Positions 29,011 to 40,189 are shown, numbered from the stretch's first letter. The stretch: DNA of 64,000 bases from Candidatus Bathyarchaeota archaeon (GCA_963780545.1 CAWACK010000008.1:135988-199987), one strand, 5' to 3'. Numbers and translations are program-made. Notes: generated from the sequence alone by a model not told the origin.

Positions 29011-29970
29011 TTGGGAGGAATAGGGAACATTCTTATAACGGGTGCATCGGGGCAGATCGGTTCTGAATTAACTCCAAAGTTACGCGAGATTTATGGTAAG
29101 AATAATGTAATAGCTTCCGATCTAAGAAAACCCCTCATAGATGATGGACCGTTTGAGCTACTTGACATTACGGACGCCAAGAGACTAGAGGAAATTGTTA
29201 TCGATCACAAGATAGACTCGATTGTCCATCTTGCAGCCCTCCTATCAGCTTCAGGAGAGCAGAAACCAAATCTAGCGTGGCACGTCAATGTCAATGGACT
29301 TTATAATGTCCTAGAAATTGCTAGAAAACAGAGAATGATAAGAGTATTTAACCCCAGTTCAATAGCTGTTTTTGGCCCAGAGACCCCTAGGAACTCGACT
29401 CCTCAAGAAACAGTGATGAGGCCTAAAACTATTTATGGAATAACTAAAGTAACAGGAGAGCTACTCGGAAATTACTATTTCTATAAATTCGGAGTCGATG
29501 TTCGGGGTGCAAGATTCCCAGGTATTATAAGTAATATAGCGCCACCTGGTGGTGGTACGACTGATTATGCTGTAGAGATCTTCTATGAAGCAATTAAAAA
29601 TGGTAGATACACTTGTTTTCTTAAGCCTGACTCAACGTTACCCATGATGTATATGCCCGATACACTCAAAGGCATAGTTAATCTGTTGGAAGCAGATCTG
29701 TCAGAGTTAAGACATCATACTGATTTTAACATGAGTGCTTTGAGCTTTTCACCAGCTGAATTAGCTAGTGAAATAAAAAAGCATGTATCCGATTTCCAGA
29801 TAGATTACAAACCTGATTATCGTCAAGCGATAGCGGACTCTTGGCCGAAGAGTATTGATGACTCTTCTGCTCGGGAAGAGTGGGGATGGAAACCAGATTA
29901 TGATCTTCCTGCAATGGTTAAGGACATGTTAGAAGTTCTTGGCGAAAGGCATCGACTTGGAAAATTATAA
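29011..29970 (+). CDS. tdh: NAD-dependent epimerase/dehydratase-family L-threonine 3-dehydrogenase (short-chain TDH type)
   Basis: Rossmann motif ILITGASGQIGSEL and YxxxK region (YGITKVTGELLGNYY). Length is 319 aa. Pairing with kbl is characteristic. Confidence 0.7.
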   Translation: MGGIGNILITGASGQIGSELTPKLREIYGKNNVIASDLRKPLIDDGPFELLDITDAKRLEEIVIDHKIDSIVHLAALLSASGEQKPNLAWHVNVNGLYNVLEIARKQRMIRVFNPSSIAVFGPETPRNSTPQETVMRPKTIYGITKVTGELLGNYYFYKFGVDVRGARFPGIISNIAPPGGGTTDYAVEIFYEAIKNGRYTCFLKPDSTLPMMYMPDTLKGIVNLLEADLSELRHHTDFNMSALSFSPAELASEIKKHVSDFQIDYKPDYRQAIADSWPKSIDDSSAREEWGWKPDYDLPAMVKDMLEVLGERHRLGKL

Positions 29971-30378
29971 TTTTTAAGAAAACACATACTAATGTTTAAA
30001 AATTGTGGGACGAAAATGAAATTATTCTAATTTTTTTAATTTGTTTTTTTTAACTTATGTGTTGACAAGCTTTGAGGTTCTTTTTCTTGTAGAACCTTAG
30101 TTAGATTTGTTGCTGCCCTTATTGCCATTGCCGTAAGCGCACGCGACTTTTTTTAAATAAAAGTTCTTTAGGTATGGGTTTATCCTCGCTATCAAATATT
30201 TCTAAATAGATGCTTTTTCTAAAATATCAATTGCAACTTTAAAAATCGTCTCGTAACATATCTCTCTAGTTTTGCCAATTCTACTCTTGATAATACATTC
30301 TTGTTTATTGTTTGTCCAAGGAACCCTTAAATTAATATTCAGGAAATTTCTGAATATTGTATAGGACGGAAAAAACCT

Positions 30379-31095
30379 TTGATTGAGTCAAAAGAGCTAA
30401 ATAAAGAATTTCTGGATGGTCTATTTGATAGAACTTTAAAGCCATTACATAGTAAAAACGCCAGAATAATATACAAAATATTTTACGACAAACAAAAATT
30501 TGATCATTTAACCACACATGATATTGAAACTCAATTAGCCGAGTACAGTATCACGCTAAACAAGAAGGAGATAAATGGGTGGCTTTTATCTCTGCAAGAG
30601 GCAGGGCTAATAGCTAAGTTAGATGAGAGAGGGAAACCAGTAGCCTCAAATTATGACAACCGATATACCTTCGATTTATGGAAGTTAACGGAAACAGGAT
30701 TAAAAGTAGGTTATAGGATTTCTAATCTAATGTCAGTAGAGAAGAACGTTAATCTACCTCATTTAAGTGAGCTTACGCCTTCCTTGATTCATGAGCTTGA
30801 GGATCTTTACATAACCGTGAAAGTTCTAACTATTCTTCATGAATATGGGGGTTCTATGAGTTATGTTAATCTAAGAAAAAGGTTGGCTGTTGATAGGGAA
30901 AAACTAGCTGTATATTCTTGGCCGGATTCGTCACATGCAGAGAATCCGCTCTTTGAGGTTAAAATCAAACCACTGACACTAAAGGGAAAGATCTATAAGC
31001 TTTTCGGATGGCTTTCAGAACAAGATCTTAACTTCACGCTTACTGAAGATGGGAGGAAGATCGCAGAAGAGATTATGTCTAAGGAACCTCAATAA
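30379..31095 (+). CDS. Hypothetical protein, possibly winged-helix DNA-binding
   Basis: 238-aa ORF downstream of a 400-bp AT-rich region. No confident family assignment. Confidence 0.4.
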   Translation: MIESKELNKEFLDGLFDRTLKPLHSKNARIIYKIFYDKQKFDHLTTHDIETQLAEYSITLNKKEINGWLLSLQEAGLIAKLDERGKPVASNYDNRYTFDLWKLTETGLKVGYRISNLMSVEKNVNLPHLSELTPSLIHELEDLYITVKVLTILHEYGGSMSYVNLRKRLAVDREKLAVYSWPDSSHAENPLFEVKIKPLTLKGKIYKLFGWLSEQDLNFTLTEDGRKIAEEIMSKEPQ

Positions 31096-31336
31096 TTGGA
31101 CATTTTTTAGGTCCCAAATCTTGAAGGTACACTATTCATAAGGCCTACTGAGGAGCCATTAAAAATTGACATAAGATGATTAAAAAATACAAAATAATCT
31201 TAATAATTTACATTTTTTCTAATATAGTCTTTTGGAAATATAAATCGGCTAAGAATATGTGGGCATCGTTTACGTCCATGAAGTTTTTCGAATCGTAAAT
31301 GTCAAGGATTATAAGATGTAGCTGGATAGAAGTCGA

Positions 31337-32602
31337 TTGATGAGTGCTCAGAGGAAAATTGAGGAGACGCGTCTGTCTAATGGAGTTAGAGTGATAACTG
31401 AGACTGTACCCGAATTAAGCTCCGTGTCGGTAGGTATTTGGGTTGATGTTGGTTCTAGAGATGAATCTATTAACTATCAAGGTTGCTCTCACTTTCTAGA
31501 GCATTTACTCTTCAAGGGTACTGAGAAGAGGACAGCTCAAGAGATATCTACAGTCGTAGAATCGAGAGGTGGGTATCTTAATGCATTTACAGACAAGGAT
31601 ATGACCTGCTTCCACGCAAAAGTACTGGCTCAAGATATTGAGCTCGCTGTCGATGTCTTATCTGACATGATTCAGAGGCCTCTACTAAAACAGGAAGACA
31701 TCGATAAGGAGCTCCATGTTGTTTTATCTGAGATAGATGCAAGGGACGACGATCCTGGGGATCTAATACATGATCTTTACTTTGAAACGGCTTGGAGTAG
31801 AAATAAGGCTGCTCATCCAATTCTAGGATCGAAAAAGACACTCCAAAGCATGGATAGAGTTTCTATAAAGAATTACTATTTGAATAATTATACCCCTAAT
31901 AGAATGGTTGTTACATCTGTAGGGGCGATCAGTCATGAAAAAGCTGTAGATCTCTTCGAAAGCTACTTAAAATTAGATGATAATCGATCGAACAAAACAA
32001 GATCCAAACCCAAGTATCACCCTCGAAGGAGATATGTAAAAAGAGCCTCAAATCAAGTCCAAGTAGCAATGATCGCTGAAGGTCTTCCACTCGGTGACGA
32101 GAAGCGAGACGCACTCACTATCTTAAACTCGTATCTCGGTGTTGGTGCAAGCTCGAAGCTATTTCAGGAAGTTAGGGAGAAGCAGGGTATTGCTTACTCA
32201 ATATTCACAACTAACTACTCTTTAAAAGACTCTGGCTTATTTACAATACTCGCCGGTACTCAAGACAAATACGTAGAAAAGCTTCTCAATATCGAGTTCA
32301 GAGAGCTTGATAAAATTAGAAAAGATTTCCCTGAGAAAGTTTTAGAAAAAATGAAACACAAATCAACTGGTCTATTTGTTATACGATCAGAGAACCCAGA
32401 GAGTCGTATGATGCAGATTGGAGTCTCTGCGCTAAGGCAAGGTCACGTGAAGACAATGCAAGAGGTGATAGATGATATAAACCAGGTTGATATTGACACA
32501 GTGCAAGGTATAGCAGATAAGATGTTCGAAGAAGGACAACTAGGTTTGACAACCCTTGGCCTTTCTAAGGAGACTGAAATAAAAATTAAGGCTCTGTTTT
32601 AG
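31337..32602 (+). CDS. M16-family zinc peptidase (pitrilysin/insulinase-like)
   Basis: Inverted zincin motif HFLEHLLFKGT (HxxEH) followed by a downstream Glu. Confidence 0.8.
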   Translation: MMSAQRKIEETRLSNGVRVITETVPELSSVSVGIWVDVGSRDESINYQGCSHFLEHLLFKGTEKRTAQEISTVVESRGGYLNAFTDKDMTCFHAKVLAQDIELAVDVLSDMIQRPLLKQEDIDKELHVVLSEIDARDDDPGDLIHDLYFETAWSRNKAAHPILGSKKTLQSMDRVSIKNYYLNNYTPNRMVVTSVGAISHEKAVDLFESYLKLDDNRSNKTRSKPKYHPRRRYVKRASNQVQVAMIAEGLPLGDEKRDALTILNSYLGVGASSKLFQEVREKQGIAYSIFTTNYSLKDSGLFTILAGTQDKYVEKLLNIEFRELDKIRKDFPEKVLEKMKHKSTGLFVIRSENPESRMMQIGVSALRQGHVKTMQEVIDDINQVDIDTVQGIADKMFEEGQLGLTTLGLSKETEIKIKALF

Positions 32603-33395
32603 ATCTCCGTGCAGAAGTGGCGGTATCCCAGAGGTGTTTGAAGTAGCCCCTGGATATCATGTTCAAACCCACATGATCCGACCATATCGCTAAATTTTCC
32701 TCTCTAGCTACTCCTTGACTGAGCAATAAAAGCGTCTCTAAGCCGTCAGCCATGAGTCCCCCACCAAACATATCGTCGCGTATTCGAACTTCAGCCAAAT
32801 TTAGTAACATTTCAGGTAGAACATTCATTGTTTCCTGAGTCACTAGAAGTTGAATTTGTAATTTACGATCCATCTGAGTTCCGAAGGTTGGTAGGACTTG
32901 CTTCATTAATTGAGGTGGGACTAACGGAAGAGCAACCATGAGTTCTTTCTTAGCAGAAAGAATAGTTTCTCTTATCTTAGTAGTGATGTTATCTTGGCCT
33001 CTAATTATCCAGATCTCGGGTTTCTCTTTGATCTCTCTATGCTCATAGAGAGCTTGAAGCTCAGAAACCACCATTTCGCGGCTCTTCTCAAACTTAGCCT
33101 CTTGGCGCATTTTCTCAGCTCTTAGGGCTTCAACTGGTGAGCGTGGATAATACAGCCTCGGCCGTCCACCCTTAATTTCGACCCAACCTTTTTTTTCGAG
33201 CGAATCCAAAATTGTGTAAACCTTAGAGTATGGTATGGTTGTGGATGCGCTCACATCATTAGCGGTGAGTTCACCAGCTTTCACAAGTGAGAGGTACGCC
33301 ATTGACTCGTACTCTGTGAGACCTATGTCTCTTAGCGCACGTTCAGCTCTATCGCTAACTGAACTTATTGACAAGCCAATCGAAAACTGAAGCAA
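32586..33395 (-). CDS. trmB: TrmB-family transcriptional regulator
   Basis: N-terminal wHTH (LTEYESMAYLSLVKAGELTANDVSASTTIPYSKVYTILDSLEKKGWV). Length is typical for TrmB. Confidence 0.65.
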   Translation of the reverse strand: MLQFSIGLSISSVSDRAERALRDIGLTEYESMAYLSLVKAGELTANDVSASTTIPYSKVYTILDSLEKKGWVEIKGGRPRLYYPRSPVEALRAEKMRQEAKFEKSREMVVSELQALYEHREIKEKPEIWIIRGQDNITTKIRETILSAKKELMVALPLVPPQLMKQVLPTFGTQMDRKLQIQLLVTQETMNVLPEMLLNLAEVRIRDDMFGGGLMADGLETLLLLSQGVAREENLAIWSDHVGLNMISRGYFKHLWDTATSARRSKTEP

Positions 33396-33510
33396 CTGGC
33401 ACTTATTTACCTCTATTGGTGGGGATAACTACTTTTTAGAAGGTGAAACCTAAGGGAACCTTATTAAATAAATTACATATGTGAAACATAGCAGTAGCCG
33501 GGCATAAATT

Positions 33511-35031
33511 ATGAATAAAATTAAGGATACCAAAAGTCTCTGCCCCGAGTGCATGAAAGTATTACCCGCCGAGATCTATGAGGAAGGCGGTAAAGTTTAC
33601 ATAAAGAAAACCTGTCCCGAACATGGCGAGTGGTCAGATTTATACTGGGGTGACTATGAACAATATCTTCGAGCCGAAAAATATTCGTCATTAGGGAAGA
33701 AACTAGACAATCCACGTACAAAGATAGATAAGGGCTGCCCTTACGACTGTGGAATTTGTCCAGAACATAAGTCTCACACTGTCCTAGCCATTATAGATAT
33801 CACTAATAGATGCAATCTGAGATGCCCTATATGTTTCGCACATGCAGGTGCTGCAGGTTATCTATATGAGCCGACTAAGGAGGAAATACGCGGTATATTA
33901 GAGAATCTAAGATCCAATAAACCAGTTCCACCCCCAGGGCTTCAGTTTAGTGGCGGGGAACCAACAGTACGCGATGATCTTCCTGAACTTGTCAAGATGG
34001 CCAAAGACATGGGCTTCCAACACGTAGAGATCAACTCGAATGGCATCAAGATGGCGGAGAGCGTAGATTACTGTAAAACCTTAAAGAAGGCGGGTGTTAG
34101 CACCGTTTATCTTCAGTTCGATGGTGTCACCCCTGAACCATATAAGGTGGCTAGGGGTTTTGACCTCTTAACAATTAAGAAGAGAACACTCGAGAACCTT
34201 AAAAAAGCGGGATTCCATAGCGTAGTGCTTGTACCAGTACTCGTTGGTGGAGTAAATACAGATCAAGTCGGGGATATCATAAGATTCGCGATAGAGAACC
34301 TTGACGTCGTCAGATGCGTCAACTTCCAACCGGTTGCAATCACTGGTCGCATCAACACTAAAGAGAGGGAGTCGATGCGCGTAACTATACCTGATCTAAT
34401 GCGCTTCGCCGAGGAGCAGACGAACGGACTGATTAAGAAGAGTGATTGGTTCCCAGTATCAACCCCAGTGCCTTTCACAAATTTTATTGGCCACCTAAAG
34501 AATAAGGAGTATATCGACTTCAGTACACACCCACACTGTGGTATGGCAACATACCTCGTTATAGAGGGCGACAAGGTAGAACCTATTACCAAATATCTGA
34601 ATGTCGATGGATTGGTAAAATCCGTAAAGAGTGCGAATGAGAAGTTTGAATCCGGCAGAGAGACCCAAGCAAAGGCATCAGCGGTAGCAGGATTGATGAA
34701 GAACGTAAAACTCGGCACATTCCGAAAATACTTGATCCCAGTATTAAGAGATGGAAGTTATGAGAGTTTAAGCAAGCTCCATCACAATATGCTAATGATT
34801 GGGTCGATGCACTTCATGGACCCTTATAACTTCGACTTGGAGAGGGTTCAACGTTGCGTCGTTCACTATGCGACTCCTGATGGGAAGATTACGCCATTCT
34901 GCACAATGAATACCTTACACAGGGCAGCAACAGAAAAACGATTTGCACAGCCTCTTGATGAGGCTAAAAATACACCGATTTACGACGTGGAGTCACTGGT
35001 TAAGAGGATAGAGAAAGAGAACGCAGCTTAG
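33511..35031 (+). CDS. Radical SAM protein with N-terminal rubredoxin-like Cys cluster; possibly related to tetraether lipid synthase (Tes/GDGT-MAS)
   Basis: CPEC...CPEHGEW N-terminus, further CPYDCGICPEH, then radical SAM motif TNRCNLRCPICFA and a glycine-rich SAM site FSGGEPT. Length is 506 aa. Confidence 0.7.
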   Translation: MNKIKDTKSLCPECMKVLPAEIYEEGGKVYIKKTCPEHGEWSDLYWGDYEQYLRAEKYSSLGKKLDNPRTKIDKGCPYDCGICPEHKSHTVLAIIDITNRCNLRCPICFAHAGAAGYLYEPTKEEIRGILENLRSNKPVPPPGLQFSGGEPTVRDDLPELVKMAKDMGFQHVEINSNGIKMAESVDYCKTLKKAGVSTVYLQFDGVTPEPYKVARGFDLLTIKKRTLENLKKAGFHSVVLVPVLVGGVNTDQVGDIIRFAIENLDVVRCVNFQPVAITGRINTKERESMRVTIPDLMRFAEEQTNGLIKKSDWFPVSTPVPFTNFIGHLKNKEYIDFSTHPHCGMATYLVIEGDKVEPITKYLNVDGLVKSVKSANEKFESGRETQAKASAVAGLMKNVKLGTFRKYLIPVLRDGSYESLSKLHHNMLMIGSMHFMDPYNFDLERVQRCVVHYATPDGKITPFCTMNTLHRAATEKRFAQPLDEAKNTPIYDVESLVKRIEKENAA

Positions 35032-35036
35032 ATGCT

Positions 35037-36725
35037 TCAGATTTTTAATACGGCGCCTTTATCCGCAGATGAGACAAGGGCAGAATACCTGACAAGGTAG
35101 CCTTTTTTGACCTTGGGTTGGGGTGTTGTCCACTTCGCTTTTCTTTTAACGAGTTCCTTTTCGGATACATTGAGCTCTAGCTTTCGGTTTGGGATATCGA
35201 TTGAAATCCTATCGCCGTCTTCGATAAGAGCGATTGGCCCACCTGCCGCAGCCTCAGGTGAGATGTGGCCAATACATGGTCCCCTCGAAGCACCGGAAAA
35301 TCTACCATCTGTGATAAGGGCAACCTCCTCTCCAAGACCTATTCCGACGATGGCACTAGTAGCGACAAGCATTTCACGCATGCCAGGACCACCCTTTGGA
35401 CCTTCGTATCTTATCACAAGGACATCACCGGGCTTGATTTCACCACCATAAATGGCCTTGACTGCTGGCTCTTCTTGTTCGAAGACCTTCGCTGTACCGC
35501 TGAAAGTCCACATCTTGGGACTTATAGCCGCCATCTTAGCTACAGCGCCATCCGGAGCAAGGTTACCTTTCAGTATAGCAATGCCACCTACCTTATGCAC
35601 TGGATTCTCGACGGGTCTGATGACATCTTCATCGACTACCTCAACGCCCTTCAAGTTCTCCTTAAGTTTTTCACCGGTCGCAGTCATGACGCTGAGATCT
35701 AGTAGCTTATTGATCCGAGTCATCACGCCAGGTATCCCACCAGCTCTATGAAGATCTTTAATCTTGAAGGGTCCAGCGGGTGCCATATTGCATAAGTGTG
35801 GGGTCTTATTGCTAATCTCATCGAAGAGTGTTAGTGGCAAATCATAGCCGAACTCGGAGGCTATGGCTTTGAGGTGGAGAACCGTGTTGGTCGAGCCTCC
35901 AAGAGCCATGTCAACAGTTATCGCATTTCTGAAGGCAGCCTCTGTCATGATCTTACTTGGGGTAATCCCTTTCTCCAAAAGCTTCATCACCATATTACCA
36001 GCTTCTGAAGCGAGTCTAGTTCTCTCCATGCTAGTGGCTTCGGCGGTAGCCATAAGTGGAAGGGTCATACCAATTGCTTCAGTTAGGCACTGCATAGTCA
36101 TGGCTGTGAACATGCCACTGCATGCTCCGGGACCCTGACAGCATGTGTTCTCGAGATACTTAGCTTCCTTCTGGCTCATCTTGCCAGCTTTTACGAGACT
36201 AGTAGCCTCGAACATTTCTTGGACAGTGATGGTCTTACCCTTGTATTTCCCCCATGTAGGACATCCGGGCTCCATTGGTCCGCCTAAAACAAATATGGTC
36301 GGAATATCAATCCTCGCTGCAGCCATGAGCATACCTGGATCGATTTTGTCGCAACTTGTCATACAAACCATGGCGTCGAAGCCATGAGCCTCAACCATGA
36401 TTTCGATGCTATCGGCGACGATCTCTCTGCTTGGTAGACTCATCTTCATACCGTCGTGACCCATAACGATTCCATCGCAGACCGCGATAGTGTCGAACTC
36501 AATTGGGACGCCACCCGCTTGACTTACGCCGTGCTTCACGAATTTAGCGAGTTTGTCTAGATGAATGTGTCCTGGGTTTATCTCATTCCAAGAATTGGCT
36601 ATTGCAACAAGGGGCTTACCAAGGTCTTCATCGGTTAGACCTACTCCTTTTAGGAGAGACCTTTGACTGAGCCTTTCGTCTCCATCGTATACTTTTGAAC
36701 TTCTTTGGCGGATATTAGGAACCAT
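35037..36725 (-). CDS. ilvD: Dihydroxy-acid dehydratase
   Basis: 562 aa. Motifs [27 protein letters not shown] and CPGPGAC (Fe-S cysteines); SGGP... region. Confidence 0.9.
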   Translation of the reverse strand: MVPNIRQRSSKVYDGDERLSQRSLLKGVGLTDEDLGKPLVAIANSWNEINPGHIHLDKLAKFVKHGVSQAGGVPIEFDTIAVCDGIVMGHDGMKMSLPSREIVADSIEIMVEAHGFDAMVCMTSCDKIDPGMLMAAARIDIPTIFVLGGPMEPGCPTWGKYKGKTITVQEMFEATSLVKAGKMSQKEAKYLENTCCQGPGACSGMFTAMTMQCLTEAIGMTLPLMATAEATSMERTRLASEAGNMVMKLLEKGITPSKIMTEAAFRNAITVDMALGGSTNTVLHLKAIASEFGYDLPLTLFDEISNKTPHLCNMAPAGPFKIKDLHRAGGIPGVMTRINKLLDLSVMTATGEKLKENLKGVEVVDEDVIRPVENPVHKVGGIAILKGNLAPDGAVAKMAAISPKMWTFSGTAKVFEQEEPAVKAIYGGEIKPGDVLVIRYEGPKGGPGMREMLVATSAIVGIGLGEEVALITDGRFSGASRGPCIGHISPEAAAGGPIALIEDGDRISIDIPNRKLELNVSEKELVKRKAKWTTPQPKVKKGYLVRYSALVSSADKGAVLKI

Positions 36726-37246
36726 AAAGATGAAAAGCCTGAAGAATAGATATTAAACTTCCCAGACGACTCGACGTTTTCAATAATATTTTTCGCGCGC
36801 GGGGTTCCTTTCGCTCACGAGTGTGAGGAGTTTTTGAGGAACGTAGTTAGAAGGGTTAATTGAGTTCAAAAAGGCTAGACCAAACAGCCATGAAATACTC
36901 AATCAAATACAAGATTTCATACGAGATCACACCGAATGGTGTAGAAATTCAAAACAAATACTAAGCTTGACCATTTAGCCCTGAACTATATCCATATTTT
37001 TGAGACTTCATCTTTTTAAGGCGTAGAACATTATGATGCGCCTTACTTCTAATCGGGGCTGTTTTTGAGCCTGTTTATATTAAGAGAGCCATTGTTTGTA
37101 TACATAAAAGTAGGTTAATTAGGTCCGAGTCTTGGATTCGGATAGTTTTTGTATCCATTGTTAGGGATATCCTGTTGATATATAAATAATTGATGTTATG
37201 TGCTTATTCGAAAAGCGGATAACAATCGACGTTATTACTTTAGCTA

Positions 37247-37786
37247 ATGGGTTCTCCCGATAAACGAGATGTGAAGAGTAAATACGATCAATTGGGAGGA
37301 GAACTCTATGACTTAAGGTATGAAGAGGAGCAGAATCGTAAATATGATACCGCTCTCCTACTTACGCAACCTGTTAGAAATGAACTGCTTCTTGACAATG
37401 GTTGTGGAACTGGAATGCTTCTCAAGCGACTCAATGCCCCTAGTGTTGGGCTTGACCTATCCCCCTCACTCCTTGCCGAAGCTAAAAGAAAACTCAAACC
37501 CATGCATTACCTTATCCAAGGCGACTCGGAGCATCTTCCTTTCCGAGGAGGCGTTTTTTACGAGGTGTACGCGATTACGTTAATTCAAAATATCCCTGAT
37601 AAGGAGACAACGCTTCACGAGATGAGGAGGGTGACGAGATTAAATGGCAAAATACTTATCACAGCCTTGAAGGCCGTTTTTACAATTGTTTCTTTTCGGG
37701 AACTCCTTGAGAAAACAGATCTTATTAAAGGTGAAATATTAATAGACACTGATACAAACGATTGGATAGCTTGTATCGAGGTATAA
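37247..37786 (+). CDS. Class I SAM-dependent methyltransferase
   Basis: Motif I LLDNGCGTGML. Confidence 0.7.
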   Translation: MGSPDKRDVKSKYDQLGGELYDLRYEEEQNRKYDTALLLTQPVRNELLLDNGCGTGMLLKRLNAPSVGLDLSPSLLAEAKRKLKPMHYLIQGDSEHLPFRGGVFYEVYAITLIQNIPDKETTLHEMRRVTRLNGKILITALKAVFTIVSFRELLEKTDLIKGEILIDTDTNDWIACIEV

Positions 37787-37900
37787 AAAAGTCTCTTTAG
37801 ATATAAACGAAAATCTGAAAAATATGAATAGCGATTGTTTCAGAAGGTTTTTATAACCTCCCCCTTGGTCTAATTATGAACCTCCAAAGGTGTAGAGCGT

Positions 37901-38191
37901 ATGGAGCCGAGTAAAAAGCCACTTAACGTACTCATCAAGAGCGTCGGTAGTAATGTCACTATTAACCTTAAGGGCCATGGTGAGTACTGGGGGAAGATGA
38001 CACGCGTTGATGGATATATGAATATCATGCTCAAGGGCGCTAAGGAGTACGATCAGAATGGCCTCACCGCCAATTATGGTGACGTATTTGTTCGAGGTAA
38101 TAACATAGTCTATATCTGCATTGATCCTGTCGCTCCTCCGAATCCTAAGGGAAAGTTTGGTAAGTCTGACGATGACGACGACGCCCCTTAA
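37901..38191 (+). CDS. Sm-like archaeal protein (SmAP) with acidic tail
   Basis: Sm1/Sm2-like VTINLKGHGEYWGKMTRVDGYMNIMLKGA...VFVRGNNIVYI. Tail is KSDDDDDAP. Confidence 0.7.
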   Translation: MEPSKKPLNVLIKSVGSNVTINLKGHGEYWGKMTRVDGYMNIMLKGAKEYDQNGLTANYGDVFVRGNNIVYICIDPVAPPNPKGKFGKSDDDDDAP

Positions 38192-38227
38192 ATTTGCAAA
38201 TCTCTAAATTGCGCGCGCATGGGGTAG

Positions 38228-39121
38228 TTAGGACTTTTGACAAAGTTCTAGGTCTAGTTGATTCAAGAAGTTTCTCATATATTGTGTTCTCCCCGCGGCC
38301 ATCCTCTTCGCTTCCTCTGTAAAAAGTAGGTCTTCGAGGTTGAGTAGCTTCTCGTAGAAGTGGGCAACGAACTCTTCGATAGGCCTCTCATGTTCCCCGC
38401 TAAATGTAGCTGTACGGTAAATACCGACTGCACCGAGAGCGTCGATCTTGTCTGCATCTGATAGGATCTTGCCCTCGAGCGTCTCTGGCGGTTTTTTTCT
38501 CGAGAAGCTATGTGTAGAAATCACCATTGTTATCTTGGAGACATTGTCTTCTGAATAACAATATCTTCGTAAGATCGGTTTGGCTTTAACTGCTCCTGCC
38601 TCTGCGTGGTTTTCTTCTTCTCGAGCTATGTCATGTAGTAGAGCAGCGGGTAAAAGGATCGATAAGTCTGCTTTTTCCACAGTACCGATATGAAGACAAT
38701 TAAAGTAAACTCTAGATGTATGCTCGAAGCCGTGTGTCCCATATTTCGGGAGGATTTTTTCGACCTCGGTTTTGAGTTGGGAAAGAATATCCTCTTGCAG
38801 GGATTAACCCTCCAGCTTGTGGACATCGCTGTCTCGACCAACGTTAACCTGTAGTATACCCTTGAAAGATGTGACGAAGCAGTTCTGAAGTTCGACTTTA
38901 TCCCCCACGGATATTCCGCTAAATTGCTCAATCTTCTCGTTCCAAACCGCAAAGGAGATGTCGCCGTGATTATCGCTTATTTCGCCTTCGAGGATGGAGT
39001 GCTCAACTCCAGAATATGTCTTCACTTTCCTAACTCCTGTGAGTTTAATCACTCTGACGATGAAGTTTATATGTTCCATTCCTGGTCTGAGAGCGTCTAA
39101 TTGTGGTAATTCAGGGGTCAA
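38228..39121 (-). pseudogene. YhaM-like OB-fold + HD-domain nuclease interrupted by an in-frame TAA
   Basis: ORF 38804-39121 encodes an OB-fold. The same frame continues directly after its TAA (38804-38806) into an HD domain (HGFEHTSRV...LLHDIAREE...D). No canonical start lies between the TAA and the H..H motif. Confidence 0.5.
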
Positions 39122-39301
39122 TAGTATCCTCCTCCTTTAATTTTGCGTCATTAAAGAGTTGGGTCTTACACTTAAAGGAGGTATAGTTTATTATGAAATA
39201 ATGAAACACAGGTGCGCGCGCTGGCGTGTTTGGAGCACCGATGAGTAAAGCCTTGAAAACAAGAATCAAGCTCTAAATAGACGGTCTCGTCCTCTCTATT
39301 T

Positions 39302-40189
39302 GTGTCTTCAGCCGAGAAAGCAGCCACACTTCTAACGAAGATCGATCAAAGGGAGATGAGGGTTCTCCAAGGAATAGAACTTGGTATGACAAAATACGAG
39401 TTCGTCCCAGTCGATGTAGCAGCGAAGTATTCAGGGTTAGCGGATGAAGAAGCAAAACATTGGCTTAGTGAACTTGATAAGAAGGATTTACTTTGGAGGC
39501 AAACTGAGGGATATACTGGCTACATACTGAATTACAATAGTTATGACCTTTTAGCGCTGAATGCTTTGATGAGAGGCGAGGTGATTGATGCCTTAGGGAT
39601 GCCTCTCGGTATGGGAAAAGAGGCGGATGTACTCGAGGCACTGACGCCGGCTGGCGTAGGAGTAGCTGTGAAGTTTCATAGACTTGGCAGAGTAAGTTTT
39701 CGTGACACGAGGCGTAAACGGGAATATCATTCGGGGAGACATCATATCTCTTGGCTTTATCAGTCGAGGTTAGCAGCGGAGAAAGAGTACACTGCACTGA
39801 CTCTAACGTTCAATGCTGGAGTTTCCGTCCCAAAACCAATCTACCAGAATAGGCACACGGTTGTAATGCAGAGGATTGAAGGACACCAACTTTCGGACGT
39901 CCCTACTCTGGACGACCCAGAAGTATTTCTCGATGAGATCTTGGATAATCTCAAGAAGGCCTATAGAGCTGGTGTAATTCACGCCGACATGAGTGAATTC
40001 AACGTAATAATTTCGGACGAGGGTGAGATCTATCTAATAGACTGGCCTCAGTATATTCCCTCAACACATCCCAATGCGGTGGAAATATTACAGAGAGACG
40101 TGTATAACATTTTGACCTATTTCTCGAGAAAGTTCAAGGTAAAAAAGGGTCTCGACGATGCTATGAGTATGGTTAAGAGCTGTGACTGA
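39302..40189 (+). CDS. rio2: RIO-type serine kinase Rio2 (N-terminal wHTH + RIO kinase domain)
   Basis: wHTH N-terminus. Kinase motifs VAVKFHRLG, HADMSEFNVII, YLIDWPQ. Confidence 0.8.
   Translation: MSSAEKAATLLTKIDQREMRVLQGIELGMTKYEFVPVDVAAKYSGLADEEAKHWLSELDKKDLLWRQTEGYTGYILNYNSYDLLALNALMRGEVIDALGMPLGMGKEADVLEALTPAGVGVAVKFHRLGRVSFRDTRRKREYHSGRHHISWLYQSRLAAEKEYTALTLTFNAGVSVPKPIYQNRHTVVMQRIEGHQLSDVPTLDDPEVFLDEILDNLKKAYRAGVIHADMSEFNVIISDEGEIYLIDWPQYIPSTHPNAVEILQRDVYNILTYFSRKFKVKKGLDDAMSMVKSCD

Noticed and set aside
29971-30378. 400-bp AT-rich region with a hairpin (ggttc-N10-gaacc) and T-runs after tdh, considered as a mobile-element remnant.
   Set aside because: No repeats or coding remnants. 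More simply it is a terminator plus promoter region for the downstream hypothetical gene.
36960-37080. Possible C/D-box sRNA around the hairpin in the ilvD upstream region (atgatg box-like element).
   Set aside because: No properly spaced D/D' (CUGA) boxes or terminal stem could be found. The evidence is insufficient.
38626-38952. 108-aa minus-strand ORF between the OB-fold and HD ORFs.
   Set aside because: It is in a different frame from the continuous OB-HD reading frame. Its product has no features, whereas the alternative frame encodes the missing HD His motifs.
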